DNA of 64,000 bases from Anolis carolinensis (taxonomy: Eukaryota). A model generated the notes under the pieces. That model had not been told where the DNA came from. It searched no databases and was given only the letters and a program-made list of their open reading frames with translations. Location of the stretch: the NCBI RefSeq assembly GCF_035594765.1, contig NC_085842.1:91302782-91366781 (forward strand). The letters are read 5' to 3'. Position numbers and translations under genes: made by a program. This document shows, one piece after another, positions 1-12,265 of this stretch (position 1 is its first letter; the number at the start of each line of letters is the position of its first letter).

Positions 1-656
1 ATCTGTAGGAATTTTCAATTCCTTTTATGGGCGCTGTTTACAAAGTGGTGTAGCCCAGTCTGTAATTTTCTCCCATCTGAAATTACTCTGAACAGTTGGT
101 TAACGGCACTTTAATTCTTCCTTAATCATGTTTAGAATTTCTAGGCATTTATCCAATAAAATCCATATTGTCACTTGTATGCCCTTTTGGTTTATTTCTA
201 CCCCAAATTGAAACAGAAACCAGCAACACTTGGAGCTACAAATTTAGAAATATTTCATGATTGGAGAGAAGAAAAAGAAAAAAGAAATTGAAACATGGAA
301 CGATTTTTAACAGAGATCATTTACTAAACTGTTGAATATTATACATTATGAAGTTGTCTAAAGTCATGTCTTTGATGCTAACCTGGGAGTGTAGGAAGAA
401 CAGACAATGGAATTTCCGTGGCCACATAATATAAACAAAGCTGTCCAAAACTTGTGGGATTTTCAATGCAAAAACTTTTGGAAGGCCACACTTTGCAAAC
501 TCCTGCTCCAGAGCTCTCTATTCAGACGGACAGATACATGCAAACTAGTGATCTTTCAACTTCCTAAACATAGCATGTTTTTATACAAGAATGTCATTGT
601 CACATTCATATAATTTTACATGTGCGAAGCCATTTGGATCTAACAGAGATTTCTGA

Positions 657-880
657 GGCTCATCCACACTAATAAATGATAGTGCTATTATTCCAGCTAA
701 ACTGTCCTTCCTACAGTTCCCTGGGGTCTGTAGTTTGGCCAGTGGAAACAGAGGTGGACTCTCTCTAGCTGAGAATTTTGAATTCTCCTTCCTAAATGTC
801 AAATCCTAGGATTCCACAGGACTGAAATGTGACAGTTAAACTGGAATAATAGCACCATAATTCTCTAGTGTGAATGTGCC
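657..880. mobile_element. PIF/Harbinger-type MITE
   Basis: Imperfect TIRs GGCTCATCCACACTA / TAGTGTGAATGTGCC; 3-bp flanks TGA/TGT; internally palindromic. Confidence 0.6.
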
Positions 881-908
881 TGTGGTGACAACCATTAAAG
901 AAAATGTA

Positions 909-1250
909 GGGACCTCATCATAAAGGCCCATGGATTCTCCCTGCACTGCGGGAAATCTATGGGCTCCTGGGTGGGCATGGAGAACCCAATCACTCGATGC
1001 TTCATATTGCCCACCTTACCATGCCCTTCATCCCATGGGGGGAAGCGTTGCTGCCCAGCTTCTTCCCATTGCTGATAAGGCAACACAGGAAGGCTCCTGT
1101 GTTGACCTGGTGGTGGCATGACCTGCTTTCTATGCTTTTTCAGCATGGAGTCCAACCGGAAGTGCCTGTGCATCATGTGAAAGGCTTCGTGCTGAAAATG
1201 GAGATGAAACAGTGTATGACAGGCAAATCGGCCTGTGCAATAAGGTGGTA
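909..1250. mobile_element. Non-autonomous Harbinger-like element, inverted homolog of 42855-43142
   Basis: Starts GGGACCTCATCA; its reverse complement aligns by eye with 42870-43142 (e.g. GAATCCATGGGCCTTTRTGATGAGGTCCCTA). Confidence 0.55.
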
Positions 1251-1380
1251 AAAGTATACTCTGTAAGAGTCTACAGTACAGAGAATTGGAAAGGCAGGCA
1301 GGCAGGCAGGAAGACAAAACTCTTGGTACCAGCTTTTTATTCCATGGATCACTTTAGGTAATGCTTTGTTCTCAGATATA

Positions 1381-1677
1381 CAGGCAGTCCCGAGTTACAA
1401 ACACCTGACTTACAAATAACACATAGTTAAGAACAGGAGGGAGACAACAAGAAGTGAGAGTAATCTACCTCTAGGAAAGGAAATTCACTCCTGGAAGAGT
1501 TATCATGGGGGAAAGGTATCTCCCCTGAAGCTTCATCATCGGTCCTTGTTTCCACAAAAAGTCAAAATGTTCAACATCCAATTATCACAGGGTCAGAAAG
1601 TGAGGTGAAATCTGGACAGGGACAGACAGTAAAACAAACAGCACAGGGGTATTAACCCTTCCCTTTGCTATCCAAAG

Positions 1678-1728
<51 letters not shown>

Positions 1729-2290
1729 CTCATTAGACAGACAAACACCCCCCCCCCCATTTCACTGTCAACCACCATAAAATAACAGGGAGTCACGATG
1801 CAGCTGGTGGTCGCTTCTCCCCTGCTCCCCCCATCACAGAACTACAGATTTATCATTAATTTGGGCTGATCTGTGATCACAGAGAGAAATCATGAAATTA
1901 GCAAAAACTAGTGTGAAGGACCCGTTATTTTGCCTCAAAATGACATGTAATGGGGTCTGTCCTGTTTCGGCACTTGGCATAATGAAGAGGGGCGTTCCGA
2001 TGGGTGTCTCTTAGAGCAGTGAGATGTCATTCCTGTTTTTTGAAAGTCATGTTACTCCTTTGCAAATTTCTTTGTTAAAAATTAGAAATTACCGATATTG
2101 CAGAATAGAAGTACTATCTGTTCACAATTCCTCTCTTGATTTTATGAAACAACCCTCCCCCCCACTGCTGTCTGAAAAGGTTCGTGGCTGGAGGTAAACT
2201 TAAATAATGTACTTGTTCTGACTTATAAACAAATTAAACTTAAAAACAAACTTACAGAACTTATCTTGTTCATAAGTTCAGGATTACCAG
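1381..2290. mobile_element. Tc1/mariner (Tigger-like) non-autonomous element
   Basis: TA|CAGGCAGTCCC-GAGTTACAAAC left end; degenerate inverted end at 2268-2290; interrupted by (TA)n and probably a second insertion. Confidence 0.55.
1679..1725. repeat. (TA)n microsatellite
   Basis: Directly visible. Confidence 0.95.
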
Positions 2291-3938
2291 TTTCTATATT
2301 AGCAATGGTTACTGGTTTAGGAAAATCTTCACAGAAGTAAGCTGTCAAATGCCTTATTTTGGTCACATAAAATAATTGGATTCCTGGTTTACTTGCATGA
2401 CACTTTCCAAAAGAGAGCTATGACACATAAGTATAATTCTAGTTCTTTTAGCTAAACAGTGGCAATTCAACTATTTACAATTTTTATATTATATTTATAA
2501 TATAGTCTTTATGGAACATAATCACATTTCTTTTTAATTTAACAGCAATGAAACTTCACTGGATTTTATCATGCCCATGTACATGTAATCCAGATGACCT
2601 CTTATTCTGATACAGGTGGAAGGAGAATGAAATTGTGGCCATTTTATTTTGATAACAGTTATCAAAATAACTATCTGTTATCAAATTCTGTTGCAGAATT
2701 TGTTTTTAGTTGCTAACCATTAATGGCACATCTCTTGTACTTAATTTTCAAGTGAATTTTATCTCTTCATATAAATAAATAAATATGTTAAATAAAAAGA
2801 AGAATAAAAGAAAAATCACACACTTATATGGCAAACCTCTTCCCATTGGGAACTGTATAAATAATAAATTATAAAGATTGGTGTGCACAGCAGAAGTCAG
2901 CCTTCTATATCTAGAACAGGGGAAGGAAAACATCCAAAGTTTAACGCATGTACATACTAAGCCCTGGATTTCAGAGGATTACTCTTGTTTCCCTTGTTCC
3001 ACCAAATCCACACACCTATGTTAAAAAGCCATTAAAGATCCTCACATGTCCTCAAGAAGGAGTGGTCACAATTTTATCCCCTCACCCCAATCAGCTTCAG
3101 CTTCCATTTTTTTAAAAAAAGCACATGGTTTTAAGACCCTATCTTGATCTTAAAACCATACCATCTGGTTATCATTATTTGACATAATGTTTCAGGATTC
3201 AATGTGGGCTGAAACATTTGGGTCATCATTTTGATTCAAGACTATGATATCCTGGGAAGATAACTGAGTCTTATTCCCAGACAGCCAAAATAAGTCTTTT
3301 TAGCTGGGTGAGAGTGAACTACACTACTGTTTTCAATTCACAAGTATATATGCACATCTCCATTATCAGATCTTTGGGAACCAATGAGCCATATAATTAT
3401 GAAGAGAATAAAAAGCTTTGGTGGCACAGTGAGTATGTATATCTTATGTTTTTCTTTGCTGTTTAATGTTAGAGTTGTAGCAACGTGAAGGGGGTGCAAT
3501 GTACAGCACCTGTACATTAGAGGACATTTCACAAACAGCATAATTCAAACTAACAAGAGAGAGGTCAAAGCCTAATAGATTTATTGTGACACAAGCTTTT
3601 CTGCCTTGGTTGTTTTTCTTTGAGCAGACTAACAACAGCTACCTGGATTTAATTTGAAATTCCTACATTGTAGCATTATAAAAAAAGAAATAAAATTGGC
3701 AAACCTGCAGTATTAATACCCAGAAATTAGAGATAAAAAGGTTTGCATGTTGTGAGTTTAGGAATATTTTCTGACTGCACTACAGTCCCAAGGCAGAGAA
3801 GGTTTACATGATTAATTCCATTCCCAGTGATAATTCCTACATCATCACTACAAAATATGTTTTGATTTCCCCCAAATGGGGCTGATCTACTGGCAACTAG
3901 AACTTGTTTGTCCACCCGTTTTTTCTGGTGATACATTG

Positions 3939-5074
3939 AAGGCATGTGCACGATTCCATTTTGCGATTCAGGTTTCAGGGAAATTTGGCAATCCAGCAGC
4001 TGGACCACCAAAAATGAACTGGGCGGGGTGGTGGGGCCCCGCCAAAGGCTCAGCCAGAATGGCTACATTTGGCTAAATCTGCTGCTCTGTGATTGACAGG
4101 AGCAGCCACGCAGGGGTTACCTGTTAGCCTTGCAAGAGCCAATCAGAAAAAGAAAGCAGATCATATGCCTTTTTGCAAAGCTGGTCTATATATACCAGGG
4201 CGAGCTCCTCCATTTCCCTGTGGCATCCTGGCATTTGAGAGCAAGATCATGTGCTAGCTAGCTCTGTGTTCAGTGCCATTGCTGCTTAGGATCACTTTTT
4301 GAGAATTTCAATCTTTTGCATTATATCGTTTAATTTTCTTGGTTAATATCTTCCTTATAGTCCTTTTATTTTACTAATTTCACAAGGGAGGTGTGAATGG
4401 GCATGTGTTGGGGAAGGACTATGAGTTTTAAAAGGCATTTTTGTGTGTGTTTGTTGAAATATTTTTTTTACCATTTTTGCTTTAACTTGACTGAGTGTGG
4501 GATAGGTTTAGGGTAGGGAGGGATAGCCTGACTCCCTTGAGTCCCAACGGGGAGAATATTATTTCAATTTCAATCCCTCCTCTGGCCTACCTTCTGGTCT
4601 GTACTCTGTCCTGCACCAGAAGCCTCCCTCCACAAATATTTAAAAATTACAAAAAGCCCTTTCTTCTAGTTCATTTCCTTGATTCTCTGCTATTCTCTCC
4701 CCAGCCCTAACAGTTGGCTTGTGTGTACTCTTGCATCAGTCCAGCAGTCTTCCTCTATTTATACACATTTTTAAAAATTCCTAAAAATCAGTGGATGACC
4801 CTAAGCATTTTGAAACTTCATAAATGTGTCCTCTAAGTGTGGCCATTTTCACCCTGGATAGTCATAAAAATAATAGAAAGAGGAGCCTCGCAACTTCCCC
4901 CATTATGAGCAATGGGCCAGATCTTCCTGGAACATTAACAGAACTTCTAGCTGTTGGATCACAGAACGGTATTTTTCCCCTCCTAATTTTGGGAATTTCC
5001 AGGAAAACAATGGATGGGAGAAGCTGAAAACAGGACTGAAAACAGCACATTTTTGGCCATCTCGCACACCCCTA
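3939..5074. mobile_element. Old non-autonomous hAT element
   Basis: Ends AAGGCATGTGCA / GCACACCCCTA; 8-bp TSD ATACATTG (3931-3938) / ATATGTTG (5075-5082). Confidence 0.6.
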
Positions 5075-5722
5075 ATATGTTGCATTAGTTGGGTGCCATT
5101 GAGTCTGTCACTTTCATGGAGATTGTCATAATAAATCTTATATTGCTTAGTTATCAATATATCACAGACACTCTGTTACTGGGCTTGTGCTGTTTATTGA
5201 TGATAACCTATGATCTTGGGGTGAAATAAAAGCTCCTAATGCAAGCCCAGGCTCAATGTGAAGTAAGAGAATCCAGGACTGAATGGCTGAATGTAGTAAT
5301 TCCAGTACAGATCAACTCAATGAGCTTTTAAGTGCACACAGAATCTGTCCCATGGGGTAGCAAGTCTGTCCACCACCTGTCCCAATGAGGGAGCAAAATA
5401 GATGTGGAATCTGGCTTGTTGAGTTGTTAAGTATGTGTGGGATCTGGCTGAGAGACTAGGAGATGCCCAGGCTGAGTCTGGAGGTGTTGACAGGGCAGCC
5501 AGCCTGAATGACAGCAGCCAGGGTCAGTTCAAGGTGACAACAGGGAACCATGACCGGATATTCAAGGCAAGAGGCAGTCCCTTTTCCTTCCCTGGTACTA
5601 GCAACCAGCTTCTCTCTTGTTCCTGTTTCCCCCAGCATCAACCTTCCTGGGTTTGGTGTAGAATGACAACTAATGGCAAAGAACACATCCCTTGAGGAGA
5701 TAGGGTGGTATATAAATAAATT

Positions 5723-5778
<56 letters not shown>
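5723..5778. repeat. (ATC)n microsatellite
   Basis: Directly visible; explains the poly-D and poly-M ORFs. Confidence 0.95.
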
Positions 5779-6873
5779 GTTCCCTTTCCAGTGAATCCTC
5801 TTGTGAGACCAAAAGAGCAACCCAATAGAAGCTCTTTGTAGGGGCAGTGTTTGTGAGCTTGAACATTGCAGATGTAATTAACTGTAAAGCCTCAGTCTCT
5901 CAAGGTTGTGAACTTTCACTGTCATGCAATTCTTCTGTAAAAAAGAAACTTTAAAAGAAGGGGACATGGGCAAATGCACAGATTGGGAGGAGTTATGCTT
6001 GTAAAAGTACTTCCAGTGTTCTGAAAGTGCTAGTAGATATGATGGGTTTTGTAAGAAAAATGGCCATCCCTATGTGCTTCAGCTTTTAGCAAGAGGAGTT
6101 TGCAATGCTAAGACCCATTTTTAGAGCCTTGTGCACAATGACCTTAGTGAATTATAGTCATTGTTTATAACTGTGCAAATGGCAATGCTGTACAAGGAAT
6201 ACCTTGTAGTTCTGTGGGAAATCTGCAATAAGATATTACTCTGGCTTACCAAAATCCTATTGCTTGGAAGTTGAAGTAAATGAACCTAATTAATCCTATC
6301 TGGACCAATATGAGGCACAGCTATCCTATAAATGTGACACTTCTTCAATTTTTGAGATGCATTTCTTGCCTCAAAAATGGCACATGAATGAAAAGCTGCA
6401 TGCCAAAATCCATGAAACAGGGAAAACTGCATTTAAAATATGTATAACAGGGGGAATTGTAGAAGAAAAAATGAAAAATTGTGTATGATGACAATAATGG
6501 CTGGCAAATGTTCAGCACTTAAAATATCATAAACCAAGCTTGTAATATCCAAACTTTTGTGAATCACACTTACAGAAATGAAGAACTGAACATGACCTCC
6601 TCCCCACCCAAATCCAGCTTTGCAGCCTGATGGTACCTTGCCCAAAGTCTTTCTACATTGGCAATGGAAGTGCTGGGAAAGGATCTCCATGGCCACTCCC
6701 AGTTTCGTAGTGCTTTCAGGCAAGCAATTGTGGCAGGATCCCAAGGATCCTCTCCAGCATCAAAAATGTTCATAAAGCATCCCTCAGTTGGGGAAGCACT
6801 CTGGACATCATATTCCTAAACAAGAAGTTATTTTCCTCAAATCCAGTAATTAATGCACTGGCTGCCCCTAAGG

Positions 6874-6963
6874 CAGGCTTGGCCAAACTTGGCCAGTAGG
6901 CTGTTAGGAATTGTGGGAGTTGAAGTTGAAAACACCTGGAGGGCCCAAGTTTGCCCATACCTG
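6874..6963. mobile_element. Short hAT MITE, internally deleted
   Basis: TIRs CAGGCTTGGCCAAACTT / AAGTTTGCCCATACCTG; flanks CCCTAAGG / CCTTAGGG. Confidence 0.6.
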
Positions 6964-7261
6964 CCTTAGGGGGTTCACCAGGTCTCCCTGGCTGAATTCT
7001 TCATCTATAAAATGGGAGCAATACTGTTGTGCTTCGTAAAATAATTGTTAATATAAAAGATTTTTGACTAAAAGTCCCAGGTTAATTTTAGTTCCAAGGA
7101 TGCTTCTTTTTACTCCCTTTAAACCTAAAACTGGATAAATGGGCTTCTTGAATCCAGCAGCCATAAAGAATCTGCATGATAGTCTTTGCAACATCACACA
7201 AGCTGGGTAAAAGTGTGTGCATGAACAGGATTCCTTCACAAATCTTCTTTTTTATATATAG

Positions 7262-7411
7262 AACCATAAGAGTTCTCCAGCTAAAGCATCCCCAACTGGG
7301 AACTGTCCAGCTTTTTTAAAGATGTCCATCACCTCTTTAGGCAATTGGTTTTATTGCCAAACTGTCCTTACTGTGAAGAAATCCCTTCTAATGTTCAATC
7401 ACAATTTACTT
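7262..7411 (-). mobile_element. Decayed CR1 LINE 3' fragment
   Basis: Similar to the 3' part of the CR1 at 27976-28843 (CTTACTGTGAAGAAAT..CTAATGTTCA). Confidence 0.5.
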
Positions 7412-7590
7412 NNNNNNNNNNNNNNNNNNNNNNNNNNNNNNNNNNNNNNNNNNNNNNNNNNNNNNNNNNNNNNNNNNNNNNNNNNNNNNNNNNNNNNNNN
7501 NNNNNNNNNNNNNNNNNNNNNNNNNNNNNNNNNNNNNNNNNNNNNNNNNNNNNNNNNNNNNNNNNNNNNNNNNNNNNNNNNNNNNNNNNN
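7412..7590. other. Assembly gap
   Basis: N run. Confidence 1.
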
Positions 7591-7619
7591 ATAAATCTCC
7601 TTGGTCTTTATACCCCTTG

Positions 7620-8195
7620 TGTTGCTGTTGTTGTGGTGTGTCTTTCTCATTTCTGACTTATGATGACCCTAAGCAACTCTATCATAGCTATTTCTTGGCA
7701 AGATTTGTTCAGAGAAGGGATTTCCCTTGCCTCTTGAGACTGAGTGAGTGCAATTTGCACAAGGCAACCCAATGGGTTTCCATGACCAAATTGGGGATTC
7801 AGATCCTTGAATCCAGAATCATAGGTCCTCATCAGACGGAGGTCCTTAACCCAGGGGACAGTGCAGGAATCTGTCAGGCAATGGAGCAAATCCGTAAGGC
7901 AGTGGGAAAAACTGGTGCCAAGAGCCCAGCATCACTCCCTTCCCCGTCACATAGGGAAAACCATTGCTGCCTGGCTTCCCACAGCCCTGTCCCAGGCTTA
8001 GACAATGTAAACATGAGTAGCCACCCGTGTTCTCAGGGCTCCATCCTACGACACTGCCAGGACAGAACCATGATGGAGTCCTGCCGGAAGTAGCCCTGCA
8101 TAATGTGATGGGCTCCGGCAGGCTCTGTCCTGGCTCTGTCATAGAATGGGGCACAAGCCCCATGTGATGAGGTTTACAGTTCAACACTCTAACAT
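7620..8195 (-). mobile_element. Decayed tRNA-derived SINE split by a Harbinger-like insertion (~7825-8175)
   Basis: SINE-like body with GTT-repeat tail, also seen at 45320-45381 + 47529-47665; the insert has ends GTCCTCATCAGAC / CATGTGATGAGG. Confidence 0.5.
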
Positions 8196-10271
8196 CTGTG
8201 TCAGCTTTCTCTCTATTACTATCATTACTGCTGAGCGTTTTTAGCTGATTAACACACAAAGGAAGATATATCTGATAAATTCCTTTGTCATAATCAGATG
8301 TTTCAGCAAAAATACTAAGACTGAGGGAGAAGGAATAGTGGTTTAGTTAGGGAAATCAATTTTTGTTCACCATGTCATTTTTTCATGGTAACTATACTTT
8401 TTTTTTATAACAACAACAAACATTTTGTTTAATCCCTTTTAGTACATGATGATTAAGATGCTGCTCAAATTGTTATCCAGCAGTATGAGCTCCTTATTTT
8501 CAAACTCTTTCCTAGTTTGTGTGTCAAACATTCCTATGTGCCACTAAATATGCAAACCAAGTCATATGAAGTGAGAACATTGCTGCTTTGTTACATTTCT
8601 TAGCACAGAATATATGTATGATCTCTCTCCCTTGGAAGAATTCAGCCAGATTTATACAAGGTGAATTTGACCTTCAGGAGGCGGAACATCTGGGAATGAC
8701 AATTAAAGCCATCTGCACCCAAGACAAGCAGGTTGTTCAGTACCCGCTCTCTTCTGCTGCCTCCTGAAAAGGGAAGGGAGGGCTAATCTCAAGGCACCCA
8801 TCCCCTTTTTAATTGTCTCTCCTCCAATCCATCTGAGATGGGAAACTACTGGAAGCCTGACCATCTCTTTTCTTATCTGATTTCTTTCCAAAGAGGCAGA
8901 AACTTTGCTCTGCAAAAATAAAGCAGACCCATCTATGCATTTCAAGGCTCCATTTTCAGACTGCTTTTCTGGTTGCATTTTTAGCATGTTAATTGTAACC
9001 CACTGCAATCTTAAACTTTGACCTTGGCAAAGTGCACTGTGCTAAGTCTCTAACACCCAGATCATTGATGTCCTTGCAGATTTCAGTGCTTGGGATAATA
9101 TATCCATATTCCACAGAAGCGGAACTTGGAAACATTACATTTTTGGACTGCTGTAGCATTCAAAACTCCTGGGCCACTGGTACCAGCTGTGCATGAAAAT
9201 CTCTGTGTTTGTGTGTGTGTGCACGCGTGTATAAGCTAGGAATGGGAAGCATTTGGTCCTCCAAATGTTCCTGAACAGCAAGTCCTACCAGTCCTCACCT
9301 TTAGCTGGGCTGGGGAGACTGGTGTTAGTTGCAGCCGAATAACACCTGGAGTTTCTTCAAAATGTTGTCTGTTGTTGTCAGTGAATTTTATTTCTTATTC
9401 TAATTCTTTATTATTCTTTCTTACTCAATTGAGAGATAGTAATTATGGCATTGATGTAATGAATCAAATAAGCAATATTACCAAGTAGACTTCACCTTTC
9501 TGTATTTTATTTCTTTGGGGCCAATCCTGAAATAATTCTACATTGAGTGTCAGTATCTAGAAGTTATGATTCCATCCCATGTTTTTTTAAGAGAAGCCTA
9601 ATCTCTCTTACATTATTGTGATGACACTTATTCTGATGGTTGTGTTTGAACCTGGCTAATATCTCAAGGGAAATTACAATGACCAGGTCCTTGTTGCCTT
9701 ACTTTGTTGTGTTATGTGGGCTGTACCTTCTGACATAAAAAGGAAACTTCAAATAAAGCTACATTTTCTGTTGTAAGATAATAGTTGAAGAATCATTCTA
9801 CATGTTACATAGAAATAGTTGGTCTATTAGACTGGGAGCAAGATGAGACTTTATAGCTGTAGATTTCAATGGAGAGGCTGCCCAGTTAGAAGGGGTTCTA
9901 GGCAAGATGCCCTCTGCTCCACCTTCATTGCCTCAGAATGCCTTTCTCTGCTTCTCTACGTAATTTTGATGCCCCTTTCTGTTTTACTCCTGCTGTCCTG
10001 TACATACTCAGCAGGAAGGGAGAAAACATTTTTTTTCATTTCTCCACTAAAACAATCCAGAAGTTGTTGCCTTTGCCATTCAATATCTCCCATGACAGCC
10101 ATTTTTTTTTTAAAAAGTCCATTATCCCATGGCCTGGTAAATGAACATGTATATGTGTGAGAGAGTGACTGGGTGTCATATTGGAAAAGGACATAGCGCC
10201 TTCCCCAAAGAAGCTATCACACAATTAAAGACTCTGCATTTTTTTAAAGGCTTTGAAACAAGTGAATCTAC

Positions 10272-11308
10272 TAGACATGTCCAAAAAATTGTTTTGAATC
10301 GTATATCGGAATTATTTCGGATTGTTCTCGCTTTTTGATATGCATTCCGACACATTGTCTCACAGCGCAACCAGCAATGTAATTCGAACCATTGTTGGCC
10401 CATTCTCTAATTGTCTCTTAATATTTCGTTAATTTCCCCCCCCCCAATTTTTTAAAATATATTTTAAAAAATATTTTTTAATTTTTTTTTTGTTTCTGCA
10501 ACCTACCTAGAATGGGAGCTTAGCGCAGCCTAACATGGCTGCCGCTCCCCGACCAATCAGAAGCTTCCATGATGGACGCAAAGGTGGGGGCTAGGGTCCT
10601 CTGCGTCCATGTGGAAGATTGCCACAAAAGCCCGTTGTGTAGCCCGGGCAAGCCATTCTGGGCTGGGTTTTGTGCAGAGAGGGTGGTGGTCTGCAAACGG
10701 AGAGCGAGCAAGCTTCTTGAGGGAGAGAGAGGGTGAAGGGGCCCGGTCTGGCTGTTCCCACAGAGGAGTTTGGAGAAAGGGTTAGGGTTTTGTTGCTGGT
10801 TCCTTCTCTTAGCAAGGGAATTTCTAGTTTTCAAAGTCTCTTTGCACTCCTTGCCAGGGCATTGCTTGGCGTGGTGGTCACTGGTCCATTTCTAATTGAA
10901 GGCATTGAGTTGAGGCTTGTAGGATCACATAGTCAGAGACACCATTGATTTCCAGTTTCCTTCTTGCTTACAAATATAGCAAGGGAATTTCTAGTTTTCA
11001 AAGTATCTTTGCACAACTTGCAAGGGCATTGCAAATTTGATGAGGATAGCTCAAGAAATGAGGGCGGGAGAGCCCTGTAAAAGTCCCCCCCCCCCCCCCG
11101 GTTCCTTTTTTTTTTTTTTTTTTTTTTTTTTTGGCGATTGCGCATGTGTGTCCACCATTTTAGAAACATTTAGAATCATTACGAATTTTTGGAAATATCC
11201 AAAATTTTTGGGTGAAAAAATCGGAAATACTTTCTATATTGAAGCGCCAGCGCCCCCTACTTTAGAAACGAGAATTGAAACATTTTTTTCATTGATCGGA
11301 CATGCCTA
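10272..11308. mobile_element. Non-autonomous hAT DNA transposon
   Basis: TIRs TAGACATGTCCAA / TCGGACATGCCTA; perfect 8-bp TSD GAATCTAC (10264-10271, 11309-11316); CpG-rich subterminal motifs. Confidence 0.85.
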
Positions 11309-11768
11309 GAATCTACACAAGCTAAATAATGCAGCCTTGCTTTCATCCCATTCCTGTAAGTACATACTTTGTCTCATTCCAAGTAGCCCCCTTGTTTTTA
11401 TCCCCATCCAGAAATGTGGTGCTGCCTTCTCCTTTTCTTTGACTTTGGTGTTTGTATGTAAACCTCACAATCATGCATTTCACACAATTGTAGATCAACA
11501 TTTCACCTTCCCTGCTCTCACTTTATAGAAGCTCATGCAATCAGAATGATGGAGAAAGAGAGGAAGGCTATTTGATTTAGCAAATTATGCATATGCATGG
11601 CAGAACTTTTTAAAAATCAACTGTTGCAATCATGTGACAGAATGTAAACTGATATGGTCAACATGGGAACATGGTAGAAACACTCCCTTGCACTGATGTG
11701 GCTGTGTAATGAGGATCTTTTGTGACTTTTTAAACTGATTTCAGTTTGGATTAAAATAGATGTATATA

Positions 11769-12265
11769 ATAATGAACACGCAAAGATACTATGGGACTTC
11801 CGAATCCAGACTGACAAAGTTCTGGAACACAACACACCAGATATCACAGTTGTGGAAAAGAACAAGGTTTGGATAATTGATGTCGCCATCCCAGGTGACA
11901 GTCGCATTGATGAAAAACAACAGGAAAAACTCAGCCGCTATCAGGACCTCAAGATTGAACTTCAAAGACTCTGGCAGAAACCAGTGCAGGTGGTCCCGGT
12001 GGTGATGGGCACATTGGGTGCCGTGCCAAAAGATCTCAGCCGGCATTTGGAAACAATAGACATTGACAAAATTACGATCTGCCAACTGCAAAAGGCCACC
12101 CTGCTGGGATCTGCACGCATCATCCGAAAATACATCACACAGTCCTAGACACTTGGGAAGTGTTCGACTTGTGGTTTTGTGAAACGAAATCCAGCATGTC
12201 TATCTTGTTTGCTGTGTCATACAACATCGTTGTGTCAATAATAATAATAATAATAATAATAATAA
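11769..12265 (+). mobile_element. R4/Dong-clade non-LTR retrotransposon, 5'-truncated (restriction-like endonuclease domain + 3' UTR)
   Basis: Frame reads KILWDFRIQTDKVLEHNTPDITVVEKNKVWIIDVAIPGD...KATLLGSARIIRK (PD..D REL motif); ends in (TAA)n. Confidence 0.9.

Noticed and set aside
1-300. Possible L1 ORF2 3' remnants
   Set aside because: Too degraded to assign boundaries or family with confidence.
7322-7656. ORFs spanning N runs (also 23126-23548 and 56051-56328)
   Set aside because: Gap artefacts.
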